Shown: one piece after another, positions 37,758 to 49,719 of the stretch
Layout: each line of letters opens with the position of its first letter
How positions within the stretch are numbered: position 1 is the first letter of the stretch
Origin: Octopus sinensis
Lineage: Eukaryota
DNA length: 64,000 bases
Direction of reading: 5' to 3'
Assembly: GCF_006345805.1 (NCBI RefSeq)
Contig: NC_043006.1
Span: 55,180,001 to 55,244,000, forward strand
Notes under the pieces: model-generated
What the model was told of the DNA's origin: nothing
Seen by the model: only the letters and a program-made list of their open reading frames with translations
The model's database searches: none
Translations under genes and position numbers: made by a program

Positions 37758-38834
37758 TATATAATATATATATATATATTATATATATATATATATATTA
37801 TATATTAGACAAAGGAGCTGGTAACTATTATTATCTTTTACGGTGGGTGTTGCTTAATTCGTCGACAATAAAACCTGTAACTACTAATATCCTTTATTAA
37901 GATATTCTACTCCTCTGAAGATAGTATAGTTGGCTTATATGGAAATCCTTCTTCAATGACCTATGCACCATGTGCACAACTATTCTAGAAACAGACGTAA
38001 GAGACTTTATGCATTATTTTTTAATCCCTTATTTACAATCTCGTTGACATTTACAATTCTGAAATTATGTTGGAATTATAAATTACATGCTCTAAAGTGA
38101 TACCATATGTTTTGCTAGTTCAAACATTTTTTCTAATATATACCTACCTGGTCAGCAGATAAACCACTTATAGCCATTCTTTGCTAGGCAGCTACAACAC
38201 CACTTTTATTTTAGTTGCAGTTCAAGTCGAAGTTTTAGTGGTAAATAAACCCGAGCACTTATCACACATACCTATTACATCATTTCGTTAAGCGAAATTC
38301 ATTCATATATATATATGGATATTACTTCCGGTTTTCGTAGAGGAAAGACGCGTTTGCTTTTACTCTGTGAAAAAACAAAAAGATTTGCATAAATCGACGA
38401 AATAATCTACTAAAACTAACAAAACGTAGAACTTGTTAACTCATGACGATCTACTAAAATACATTAATTAAAAATATATTAATTAAAAACGTAATATATT
38501 TCACTTGAAGCCAAATATAATACATTAAAGTTAGTTACGCATGCTAGATTCTTCACCGAAAAAGCACGTGGTGGCAAGTCTTTAATCTATCTCCAGCCAA
38601 ATGTAAGAAGGAAAAAGAATTGTTCTCTTTTCTGTTTTGAAAGAAAACTTCTTCGTACAAGCATGAGGGTTTGGACTGTACCTTTTACGATAAGTATCGC
38701 TTCCAGTTGTTTGTTTATTAATCTTTTATTTTCCTTTAATGTAAGCTAACATCTCAGTTACGATTTACGACGCCATCTTTGTTTACATTCTGAGAATAAC
38801 TTTCTTTCAATTTCTGTTTCGCTTTCAATCTATC

Positions 38835-39035
38835 TTTCATTTCATCTCTATAAAACTAATATTTAAAAATTCTTTTCATATGTTTATTTTCCTGTGAGCT
38901 ACGACTGAGCTAGAAATATAATCGTAATTTTATCGTAATTTCATTCTATCTCTATAAAACTAATATTTAAAAATCCTTTTCATTTGTTTATTTTCCTGTA
39001 ATTTAAGCTAACGACTGAGAAATATAATCGTAATT
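38835..39035. repeat. about 110-bp tandem duplication
   Basis: atctctataaaactaatatttaaaaa...gaaatataatcgtaatt occurs twice. Confidence 0.85.
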
Positions 39036-39701
39036 AGTTTAGAATTAAATAATTCTTCCATTTCCTCACTCTCTTCTACCTCCTCTCTCCTCCCTTACAT
39101 ATACTCCCCCACTTCCAGCTCCTTTCTCCCTTCCTTTATCTCTCTTTACGCTTACCTTTTCCCTCTCTCTTGCATATCTTACTCTTTTTCTCATCTCTCT
39201 CCCTCCCTTTCATATCCTCCTCTTCTCTCATTTCTCTTTCCTTTCCATCTAACATCTACCCCTCCTCTCATCACCTCACCCTCTCTCTCATATACTTCTC
39301 ATTCGCCCATTCTTCTCACTCCGTCTCTCCCTCTCTGTCACATCCTTCATCCTGTCTCTCCTTCACTCTGTCTCTCTTTCTCTTGCTATCCTCTCCCCTT
39401 CTGTTTCTCTTCCTCTTCCCCTCCTCTCCTTCACTCTGCCTCTCTTTCTCTTCCTCTCTTCTCCTTCACTCTGTCTCTCCTTCTATTCCCCTCCTCTCCC
39501 CTTCCCCTACGTTCCTCTATCTCTTTAACACACCACACCCCCTTGCTTTCCTCCTATCACCCTCTCGATTTCTTTCATAGCACCTCTCTCTTTCCTTCCT
39601 ATCTCCCTCTCTCTTCCCCTATTTCCCCCCTCTATGTTTCTCCGTCTCTACCTCTCTCTATCCCTCATTACTTCTACAGCCCTCTGTACTTCAAAACGAA
39701 G

Positions 39702-40657
39702 ATGGCATCAAAGTGGGAAAAGAAAGAGTTAGATCTTCTGTTAAGAGCATGGACAATTTCTAGTGGCGATCCGCCGAACAACATCATCACTGCCGCGCTA
39801 AAGAACAATGGATTTCATAGAACCATTGACCAAATAGAACGAAAAAAGGCGAATTTATCCGGTCTTACATGCTTGTAAGACCACACAGCAAAACATTGGA
39901 TAATATAATTGAAAATTATTGTGGCAAGGCTGATGAGGATGAAGAGGACGAAAAAGAGAAGGACGCCGGAAGTCTCTGTGATCCAGGGGTTCCTCAGGAA
40001 AATGGATCACCTACCTCAGTGAACGACCAGGTAGTGAAGGATAGGGGAGCCAAGGGAGCAGAAACCGGAAGCCCCCCTGTACCAGTGGTCCTACAAAGAA
40101 ATGAGAAATTAGAAAAACAGAAGAAAAAAGGAAAGACCGAAAACAAAAATAAGGAGGGAAAGGGAAGAAAAGGCAAAACAACCAAAGCTGAATCCCTAAC
40201 CCACCACACAAACAGCAGAGAACCCCATGGAGGATCCAATGCCACCCAGTACACCTCAGGAAAGAAGAAATATGGAAGGCACCGAAGAACCTGTAAGTTC
40301 TACATGCGGGGCAAATGTTGGCATGGGAAGGACGGCAAAAACTGCCGGTTCGCCCACCCGACACCCCGCCAGAACTTCAGGGGACTCAAAGAAAAGAGCT
40401 TTACTGAGAGAAGGCAAGAAATATCTCCCAGGAAAACTTTCAAAAAAGAAGTGCGCTCCTCAGATGTTCTGCGCAACGCAGCAGCTGAGCAAGAGTCTTT
40501 TTTATGCATGGCACAAAGAATTGTCCGGCAGCTAACCTGGCTACACCAAGCACAGAGAAGGAACCCTGACCACTACTATGCAAGACCACCACAGTCAACA
40601 GACACGGGATGGCCTCCCCTAACGCCTGCACAGCCGTCACCCCAATACTTTTACTAA
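39702..40657 (+). pseudogene. LINE ORF1 with N-terminal Myb/SANT-like motif and CCCH zinc finger (one frameshift near 39870)
   Basis: MASKWEKKELDLLLRAW...LKNNGFHRTIDQIERKKANL; CKFYMRGKCWHGKDGKNCRFAH (C-x7-C-x8-C-x3-H). Confidence 0.75.
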
Positions 40658-42375
40658 ATATTGGGGGCCTGTTGCATCAAAGTAGAAACAAAATTTCTTT
40701 CCTGAGAGATCTTACTGCATGCAATCAAGCCCTATGCATAGCACTCGTGGAAACTCACCTCAACCCTGATATAGAAGACGCAGAAGTACACATACCAAAC
40801 TATGCCATAATGCGAACAGATAGAAGGGAAAGGAGCCATGGTGGAGTTGCTGTATACATCCGAGATGACCTCACACACCAGGTCTTAATGACATACTCAA
40901 ATTCGGTATGTGACACTTTAATTGTATACATAAGACAACATAATATAGTCATATGCAATACATATTGCCCACCGGATGCCCCAAATCACACAGGCAAGTT
41001 TGAAGATTGCCTCACAAGAATTAAAGAAATCCTCATGAATCTGGAACACCACTTGACCATATTTCTTATGGGTGATTTCAACTTCCCCAACGTCAAATGG
41101 CCTGAAGGTCTCATACTCTCAGGAATGAATCATTGCAAGCAAGTGCAGGTGGAGTCCCTGCTCAACCTCACCAACGCCTTATTCATGGAGCAAGTTGTAC
41201 TCAAACCAACTAGGGTGAATAACATTCTGGATCTCTGCTTCACGAACAATATGGACATCATTCATGATGTGAAAGTGACACCGACATTAGTTTCGGATCA
41301 CAACATAATAAAGTTGTCTATGTTTGGGCCAAAAGTAACCAGAGAGATACAGCCTAAAGGAAGCACCCAAAATCTCTCAAATCTGAACTTCCACAAAGCA
41401 GATTGGAAATCGATCCAAAAAGAGATCCTCAGAGAGGATTGGCCGGAATGTCTCTCCACACCAGACATTGACATGAAACTAGAATGTTTCATGTCTTCTG
41501 TGCAAGCCGTATGCCAGAAATATGTCCCAGAGCACAAGGCCAAAACAAATAAGAGCAAGATTCAAAGAGTTAGAAAGATCCTCATGAGACGACGGACGAA
41601 GGTTGCAAATCGTCTCAACCAACATCCCAAAAGTAGCGAAAGGTCCCGCCTAAAAACAACACTGATGGAGATCGAAAAAAAGGCTGCAACAATCCTATGT
41701 GAGGGAGAAAGCAGACAAAGAAGCCTGGGTTATAAAAAATATTAAATCAAACCCAAAGGCCTTCTTTCATTACGCGAAAGAAACAGTCTCAGTGCACTAC
41801 AAGATAGGACCCCTCCTCCAAAAGGATGGTTCCCTCACAGCCAGTCCAACTAAGATCAGTAACATGCTGAATGACCAGTTCAAAAGTGTCTTTACCACCC
41901 CGTTGGAACACAGACAAGTGAACGAACCAGTGGACTTCTTTGCCGCCTCACCTATAACCAGCGAGGCGGTTACAATAAAATGTATTGACATTAGCGAAGA
42001 AGATGTCCTACTAGCCATAGATGAAGTGGGCACAAACTCAACTCCTGGTCCAGATGGTTTCCCAGCAATCCTCCTCAAAGCGTATAAGCATGCCCTGGCA
42101 AAACCCCTCAAGATTCTCTTCCAGAGCTTTCTTGCGAATGGCAAACTGCCCAGCAAGCTGAAGGAGGGAATAATATGCCCAATACATAAAGGGGGGAGTA
42201 GAGCAGATGCCAAAAACTATAGGCCTATCTCTCTGACTTCAGACATCAGCAAAGTCATGGAACGGATAGTCAGAAAGAAACTAATCGCATTCCTTGAGGA
42301 AAATAACTTGCTGAGTGATACCCAGCATGGTTTTTGACCAGGTAGAAGCTGTCTGACCCAGCTCTTACAACATAA
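40609..42375 (+). pseudogene. CR1-like ORF2 (APE endonuclease plus N-terminal RT), frameshift near 41700 and CGA>TGA stop at 42335
   Basis: LLNIGGL, IALVETHL, RTDRRERSHGGVAVYIR, MGDFNFP, NILDLCFTN, SDHNII; PGPDGF, KNYRPISLTS, QHGF. Confidence 0.93.
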
Positions 42376-43790
42376 TAACGGTTAAAAAAATAACAAAATA
42401 ATCAAAAAGTGACAGAGAATACTGGAATTATTTCATATTTAGTGTGAAGCCCTTTAGCTTCAATCAAAGTTTGACATTTTTGACTGCATGGGGAAATTAA
42501 ATTTTCAATTTCTTGCTGGGTTATCTTATTCCATTCTTCCTGAAGGGCATTCCATAATTGCTCGGTTGTTTTAGGATTTCTGGCTTTCAAACGTTCTCCT
42601 AGAATATTCCACACATTTTCAATAGGATTGAGGTCTGGGCTTTGAGCAGGCCAATCAATAATAATAACCTTTCCAGCCTTGAGGAAGTTCATGACCACCT
42701 TAGCCTTGTGACATGGGGGATTGTCCTGCATGAATATGGGTGGTTGCTTAGTTGAATTTCTCAGCACAGGCAAGACATGATCTTTTACAAGTTGTTTATA
42801 AAATTCTGCATTTACCTTTCCATGTAATCGCAGCAAAGGGCCCACAACATCTCTAGATATCATCCCCCAAACCATGACACTTCCTCCACCGAATTTAACA
42901 CTAGTCTTAAGGTATTTAGGTGACAATTTTTCACCTGCTTTTCGACGAACGTACCTTTTCCCATCTGAACCAAATAACATAGACTTAGATTCATCACTGA
43001 AATGCACCGTTTGCCATTTTTCTTGAGACCACAACACATGTTCGGTTGCAAAGGTAAGACGACACTTTTTATTCTTGGAGCTGATCAGTGGCTTCACTGC
43101 AGGTGCTCTTGCTTGTAGGTCATGTTCAACTAAAGGACGAGACACAGTTTTTCGAGATAAAGTTTTCTTCAGTACAATGCTCATTTCCCGAAAAACAGCA
43201 GCAGCAGTTTTAAATCTGTCCTTTTTAACCAACTTTACCATAGCACGATCTTCTCTCTTGGTCGTTTTTCTTGGCCTACCTGTAGACTTTCTTGCTTCAC
43301 ACGAACCACAATCATCGTAGACCTTAAGAATACCGTGAACAACACTTTTTGACTTGTTAACAATCTTTGCAATAGACCTAATACTTAAATTATCCTTCTT
43401 TCGAAGCTTAATAATCTGCTGACGAATTGGTAACGGAGTAAGTGGCATTATATTAACAAAGTACACTGCAGATATTCTTACTAATGTTTAGTAAACGAAC
43501 TGTCACGTAAACAAACTCAAAACATTAGAGTTCGACGGTTAAATATACTAAAACATGGAGTAAAAGCAACCGTTCTTATCATTTTGGCCGCCATGAGTTT
43601 TGCAGTAAATCACTAAATCATCCATAACTTTTTTATTATCCTCTCAAATTTCACCAAAATCTCAGACAATAACAAATAATATTGTATTTATTGTCTGTGA
43701 AAATTATAGAATATAAAACAACATAAATAAAAACTTATACCTACTTTTCTAATGAAAACAATGCCGTTTTGAACATTTTGGCCGCAACTG
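42376..43790 (-). mobile_element. Tc1-like transposon with one IR/DR terminus only
   Basis: Terminus TA|CAGTTGCGGCCAAAATGTTCAAAACGG at 43790, with an inner direct repeat at 43570-43591; no matching TIR at the left end. Confidence 0.85.
42402..43466 (-). CDS. Tc1-family DD34E transposase, uninterrupted ORF (probable start at MPLTP)
   Basis: HTH region, GRPRKT, FSDESK, GGGSVMVWG, FMQDN-34aa-E (WPAQSPDLNPIENVW). The usual TKY end reads through 10 extra codons. Confidence 0.95.
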   Translation of the reverse strand: MYFVNIMPLTPLPIRQQIIKLRKKDNLSIRSIAKIVNKSKSVVHGILKVYDDCGSCEARKSTGRPRKTTKREDRAMVKLVKKDRFKTAAAVFREMSIVLKKTLSRKTVSRPLVEHDLQARAPAVKPLISSKNKKCRLTFATEHVLWSQEKWQTVHFSDESKSMLFGSDGKRYVRRKAGEKLSPKYLKTSVKFGGGSVMVWGMISRDVVGPLLRLHGKVNAEFYKQLVKDHVLPVLRNSTKQPPIFMQDNPPCHKAKVVMNFLKAGKVIIIDWPAQSPDLNPIENVWNILGERLKARNPKTTEQLWNALQEEWNKITQQEIENLISPCSQKCQTLIEAKGLHTKYEIIPVFSVTF

Positions 43791-43845
43791 TATATACACA
43801 TACTTATATATATCTATACACATATACACTTACACACATACACAT

Positions 43846-43907
<62 letters not shown>

Positions 43908-44022
43908 TATATATCTATATATATATATATATATATATATACAAACATGTATATAAACACTCACATATATATGCATACATACATGTGTGCATGCGCGTGT
44001 GTATGTATACATACCCTGCAGT

Positions 44023-44411
44023 GGAGGCGCAATGGCCTAGTGGTTAGGGCAGCGGGCTCGCGGTCATAGGATCGCGGTTTCGATTCCCAGACCGGGCGTT
44101 GTGAGTGTTTATTGAGCGAAAACACCTAAAAACTCCACGAGGCTCCGACAGGGGATGGTGGTGATCCCTGCTGTACTCTTTCACCACAACTTTCTCTCAC
44201 TCTTACTTCCTGTTTCTGTTGTACCTGTATTTCAAAGGGCCGGCCTTGTCACTCTCTGTGTCACGCTGAATATCCCCGAGAACTACGTTAAGGGTGTACG
44301 TGTCTGTGGAGTGCTCAGCCACTTACACGTTAATTTCACGAGCAGGCTGTTCCGTTGATTCGGATCAACCGGAACCCTCATCGTCGTAACCGACGGAGTG
44401 CTTCCATTGCC
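44023..44411 (+). mobile_element. tRNA-derived SINE (octopus OR-type)
   Basis: Near-identical to 4479-4867; 14-bp TSD acataccctgcagt at 44009-44022 / 44412-44425. Confidence 0.92.
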
Positions 44412-46906
44412 ACATACCCTGCAGTATCTAGCGCACTGCTCTGCGTTTTGAGTTCAAATACCACTAAAGTCAACTGTGCTTTTCATCTCAGGAGTCTAAA
44501 CAGAATAAAGTATCTGTCAAGCACTAATATTGATCTAACCAGCTAACCCTATCCCCCAAATTTCTGGCCATGCGTTTATATTAGAATTAATTATTTCAAT
44601 ATATCGCAACAAGTGTTTTTATATTTTATTATATTCATTTTTTCCTAATTAACTCAAAATTTAAAGCCTTTAATACCCTGTCAGTATCACATTTATCTAA
44701 TTCTATCATAGCAAGATGTGTAGAGATAACTCTGTTATATGTTTTACTAGAATATGTTATAGCCATCGAACATATTTTCATAATAGTTGACTCATTCAGT
44801 AATAAACTTAAGTTCTCTGCTCTGTCTGTAATCGAGTTCTCAAAATGAATAATGATTATGTCTTTTTAATCCCTGCATTCTTAATCTGGAAATGATTTTG
44901 TTATTATGAATATTGTTTTTGTCACTTGGTTAGATTTTCCCCATTCATTATTGTGCAATGGCAGCTCGTAAACATGGTGATACTCCCTTCAAACTAGTTG
45001 TATCGTTGCGTTTAGGCGTAATATATTTTCTTAGGAATGACACTAATATGCTTTTATGACTTCATACGTGTAATAAGATCTCACTTATTTGCAATGACAT
45101 CCCACTTGCAAAATTCAAATATTTCAATGAAATATTTCTTTCAACTGCCGTTAAATATCTTTCAAAAGGTTATAATTCATTACATGCTGATTTTGTTCCG
45201 GCATTTTAAGGCTTAGAAATATAAAGGATTTCAAAGATTCAAAGATTCAAAGAATAACTGCAGTAATTGAACAGCTTATAATTAGACTGTTATTTATTCG
45301 TCTTCCCGTTATTTAAAGTGTAACTGTACCGACTTCCTTTTTACAATGATAAACGTGACATCTAGAAAAATGAACGCTGCAAGTAAAACTAAAAAAATTG
45401 AGAAGTTTGCGAAGATTTTTACGTGTATTCTTTCAAAATTAAAATGATAAATATATATCTAAAAGGTAAAATAATTATTCATACACACAGTTTGAAATAA
45501 ATTAAAACAACATATTTAAACAATAGATTTTCAAAATATAAAAAAACAAAACAAAACAGAAGAAAACAATATAATAAAAATAATCTTTACTGAAAACGAT
45601 AAAATATTTATTCATGAAATTGCTGATAGTTATTTTTAAAGAATTATGGAAAAAGTTCTACAACTTTTTGTCTATTTGAAATTTAAGTTGGAGAAACAGG
45701 AGAGACTTTATTAGCTGTTCCGAGTTTGTACTGCACTTGCTTAGCTGCAAAAGACTTCTTATACGCCTTTCTTTTGCATCAGTATCCTTATTTAAAAAGA
45801 TATTTGGAACAGATTTTCAAAAAAGTTCTACAAATCCTTGATTTGTAATTCAATACTGCAATATTCGCCTTGAGAGAGCCTCTGATATAGACGTGCGATG
45901 CATATCAGAAGAATGCAATGTGCAGTTCTCTTGCAAAAGTATCTCCACCAATTGTGCGGTTTCTCTTTTCTACTCTTCTGAAAAAAAAAAAGACGATCCC
46001 GTAATCAATACCCTGAAGCGGTACCCATCCATCTACCTCTCAACTCTTGGACTGGTAGCTTTCAATCATGTCGCTCCATCTAGTATGTGTCGACTCTCGC
46101 TCAAGATCTTAATTCACATCTCCCTCACGCGTTTCTTCAATGACTCAACAACATTTACCCTTGTATAGATAATAGAACTCTTCTTTCCTCTATAACTTTC
46201 CTTACCATGCATCATCCACATTCTGCATTAATTCCATTCATTGTGGCCATACCAACGCTGTCTCTTTTAACATCCACTCCACCAAAGACAAAACAAAATA
46301 AAAACATACCCCACCTAACCTCAAGTACTACTAATTCCATGGAAACATTATTGCACCCCCATTAAACATTAGCGGCACTCATTAGCGAAAACACATCATT
46401 TACATCGCTAGGATTGCAAGCTAAAGACTCCCCATCCTCTTCAATCTCAAGAGCTGCTGACACTCTACGAAGCTTTAGTGAGACTCACAATGAGGACTGC
46501 TATCACATCTAGAGCAGTGTTACTGCTACGTACACAAACATACTGGACTATATCTATAGAAAATTCATTTGATTGAGCGGTATGGCGTTCAATCTCTAAC
46601 AGACATACTGTAGTCTCTGTTCCTCAAGCATACCGTCTTATCTTTCTCCGTTTCTTCTATTGCTACTATAATGGCCTCTATTTTTCGGAACTGCGTGGTA
46701 TCGTATCATTCAGGCGCACCCGACCAACTCGTCTTTCCACCGCTCGTCATCCTTGTTGCACCCAATGAACAGCCTAGCACTAAACAATTATGTTCAGTTC
46801 TTCCTTCTCATGATATCGTACCTTCTGAAAGCTTCATCTTGCTCATGTTTTTCCTGCAACTGTATCGTAGCAGACATGAACCGTCTGATAAGGGAGTGTT
46901 TAGAAA

Positions 46907-47313
46907 AGGCGGTGAGCTGGCAGAATCTTTAGCACGCCGGGCGAAATGCTTAACGGAATTTCGTCTGCCGCTACGTTCTGAGTTCAAATTCCGCCGAGGT
47001 CGACTTTACCTTTCATCCTTTCGGTGTCGATTAAATAAGTACCAGTTGCACACTGGGGTCGATATAATCGACTTAATCTATTTGTCTGTCCTTGTTTGTC
47101 CTCTCTGTGTTTAGCCCCTTGTGGGTAGTAAAGAAATAGGTATTTCGTCTGCCGTTACGTTCTGAGTTCAAATTCCGCTGAGGTCGACTTTGCCTTTCAT
47201 CCTTTTGGGGTCGATAAATTAAGTACCAGTTACGCGATGTCATTGGCTTAATCCGTTTGTCTATCCTTGTTTGTCCTCTCTATGTTTAGCCCCTTGTAGG
47301 CAATAAAGAAATA
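46907..47313 (+). mobile_element. dimer of Deu/Nin-like tRNA SINE
   Basis: Full head ggcggtgagctggcagaa, then a second unit starting at ggtatttcgtctgcc directly after the aaagaaata tail. Confidence 0.9.
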
Positions 47314-47425
47314 AGGGAGGGTTCAGATCTCAGTACACTAGAATCGCGTAATCTGGCAGTCCAGGTGCCCATACTAGACGGTTCTGCTACGATATGTGTT
47401 TGTGCTGTGCTTTTAGCACCGTATG

Positions 47426-49430
47426 TTAGTTAGTTAGTTAATTTTTTGGCTCAAAAAGCAAAAAGCAAGGCCATGTAGGGGGACATGGAGTTATGTACAG
47501 GGTGGTGTTCATGTAAAGAGTTCAGGCCACTTGTGGTCAAGGGAGACTTTGAACCGAGCGGTCGTCGGCATCTTCACCATCTCGTCTGGCAGCTTATTCC
47601 ACGGATCCGCAACCCGGACGGAGAAAGCCCCTCTCCTTCGATTGAGATGAAATCGTCGCAGATAGAGCTTTTCGGAATGACCCCGCAGCCGACGCTCTGG
47701 AGCAGGAGTGAAGAATAGGTCTTTCGAGAGGTTACACTTTCCGCTTATGATGTTGTGAGCAAGAATGAGATCTCCACGGCGTCGTCGTTTTTCTAGAGAA
47801 TAATGGTCGAGCGTCTTCAACCTTTCTTCATAAGACAAATTCTTGAGACCAAGAACCATGCGGGTAGCCAGCTCCTGGACTCTTTCGAGATGCTGTATGT
47901 CTTTGAGGAGATAAGTAGAAGAGGCTTGAATCCCGTACTCCAATATGGGTCTTACCAGTGTGACATAGAGCGGTAGGAATATGGCTGCTGTGAGCATTCC
48001 GAATGCTTTGTTGGCAGCATGGACGCACTGGGCCGAAGGCGAAAAGGAGGAATCCACCAAGATACCCAGGTCCTTTACCTGATCGGTCCTCTCCAGCAGC
48101 AGACGACCAGGCTCGAAATCAAGTTGAGTTGCAGGAGGAGAGCCAACAGGCAGATGACAGCACTTTGACACGTTCAGACAAAGGTCCCATTCGTTAGACC
48201 ATCTCCAAATTTGGTGGAGGCATCGACGAAGATCCTCTATATCACCGCGAGGAGCGACCAGTTTGACATCGTCGGCAAATAGAAGGGTGTGTTGCGTGAG
48301 GTCGTCGGGCAAGTCATTTATGAAGACTAAGAACAATAAGGGCCCAAGCACTGAACCTTGAGGCACGCCACTGCTCGCACTGGAGACATCGGACCGCGAA
48401 CCATTAACTTGGACTTGGAAGGAGCGATCTGAGAGGAAGGCACCAACCCATCGTACAATATCCGGATGGAAACTATATACTTGAAGCTTGACAAGTAATA
48501 GGCGGTGGTTTACCGAGTCAAAAGCTTTGGCAAAGTCCAATGAAACGATGTCAACAGCATCACTATCATCGAGGATGCGCGTCACCAATTCTTCCATTAC
48601 CAGTAAGTTGGTCAAGCATGATCTCTTCGGCACGAAGCCGTGTTGAGAATCAGAGATAGAGGCTGTGTTTTGGAGGTGGAGCATCATACTTTTCTTAAGG
48701 ATGGTTTCGAACATCTTGCTGATTATTGATGTAAGGGAAACCGGTCGGTAGTTAAGCGGGTCTTTGCGGCTCCCTTTCTTGAAAATTGGGCAGATTATCG
48801 CTGTTCTCCAGTCCGCACGTATAACATCCGTCGCCAATGACATATTGAATAGACGTGTTAAGGGCTCGCATATGACCGGAGCCAACGCTTTGATAACCCG
48901 TGGGTGTACACCGTCAGGGCCGTGACCCTTGTTGACATCGAGGCCTTGAATAACGCGTTCGACTTCGTCCCGCGTGATGACTAATCGAAGCATTGGAGGT
49001 ACTGATCTATCAAATGGAGGGCTGTTCACGACCATCATCTTGTTTGAAAATAGTTGAAAAAGCCTCGGCAAATAATTGACTCTGTTGATAAGGGTCCTCA
49101 ATCGATACGCCTGTTGAGTCTACCAACGTTGCAATTTGGTTGTTCAAGCGGGAATTCCGTTGGACATGGGCAAAGAAGGTTTTTGGATTGCTACTGGCGT
49201 TTGCTGCGATTTTGTATTCATATCTGAAGCGTTCTTCCTTTTCAATTTTCACAGCTCGGTCTCGTTGAGTTTTGTATACCTCAAAAGCTGCAGTCGAATC
49301 CAGATTTTTGAATTCAGCCCAAGCAATATCTCTGAGTCGAAGTTCTCGTTTAACCTTCTTCGTCACCCAGGGCTTGTGTTTCTTCTTCTTGGGAAGCCCA
49401 ACGGGAACTGCCTGGTCAGTCAACCAGATT
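47426..49430 (-). mobile_element. 5'-truncated CR1-like LINE with (TAAC)n tail
   Basis: Upstream frame KPWVTKKVK...SSNPKTFF (49010-49423), RT ORF, 3' UTR hairpin ccatgt/acatgg (47471-47488), tail repeats at 47426-47440. Confidence 0.92.
47509..49101 (-). CDS. CR1-like reverse transcriptase (530-aa open frame, part of truncated ORF2)
   Basis: GPDGVHP, NYRPVSLTS, QHGF, LDFAKAFDSV, SGVPQGSVLGPLLF, FADD, KDLGI, LVRPILEY, RRRGDLI, WNKLP. A short in-frame deletion is likely near FGMLTAAIF. Confidence 0.93.
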   Translation of the reverse strand: MRTLINRVNYLPRLFQLFSNKMMVVNSPPFDRSVPPMLRLVITRDEVERVIQGLDVNKGHGPDGVHPRVIKALAPVICEPLTRLFNMSLATDVIRADWRTAIICPIFKKGSRKDPLNYRPVSLTSIISKMFETILKKSMMLHLQNTASISDSQHGFVPKRSCLTNLLVMEELVTRILDDSDAVDIVSLDFAKAFDSVNHRLLLVKLQVYSFHPDIVRWVGAFLSDRSFQVQVNGSRSDVSSASSGVPQGSVLGPLLFLVFINDLPDDLTQHTLLFADDVKLVAPRGDIEDLRRCLHQIWRWSNEWDLCLNVSKCCHLPVGSPPATQLDFEPGRLLLERTDQVKDLGILVDSSFSPSAQCVHAANKAFGMLTAAIFLPLYVTLVRPILEYGIQASSTYLLKDIQHLERVQELATRMVLGLKNLSYEERLKTLDHYSLEKRRRRGDLILAHNIISGKCNLSKDLFFTPAPERRLRGHSEKLYLRRFHLNRRRGAFSVRVADPWNKLPDEMVKMPTTARFKVSLDHKWPELFT

Positions 49431-49719
49431 ACATATGTCTATATGAGTGGCCCTCTCAAGGCTTATACTGTGGTATTCGACGTTCTAATCATACACATAC
49501 ACATTTAGCAGGAGAGATTTAGGTGCACAAATCGACCTCAGTACTTTTTTGCCGAACCGCTATGTTACGGAGACGTAAACAAATCAACACTGGTTGTTAA
49601 GAGGTGTGTATGTATGTGTGCGCATATGTATGTGTGTGTGTGTGTATGGACAAACATAAAAAAGACACCCCGTATGTATACACACACACATACTCACACT
49701 GAACTGCCTCATAGTTTAC

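Larger units (their letters stand above)
39060..42375 (+). mobile_element. CR1-clade LINE, 5'-intact, 3'-truncated (polypyrimidine leader, ORF1, ORF2 APE and partial RT)
   Basis: Two overlapping ORFs with APE and RT motifs; truncated after GF*PGRSCLTQLLQH at the junction with the Tc1 element. Confidence 0.92.

Noticed and set aside
38375-38395. Octamer ATTTGCAT as an snRNA enhancer
   Set aside because: Expected by chance in AT-rich DNA, and no snRNA coding sequence is nearby.
39865-39880. Programmed frameshift between the two ORF1 frames
   Set aside because: No slippery heptamer or stimulatory structure was seen; a single-base decay deletion is simpler given the other lesions in this copy.
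46885-47320. ataagggag as TSD of the SINE dimer
   Set aside because: The left copy is not adjacent to the element start, so it is likely coincidental.
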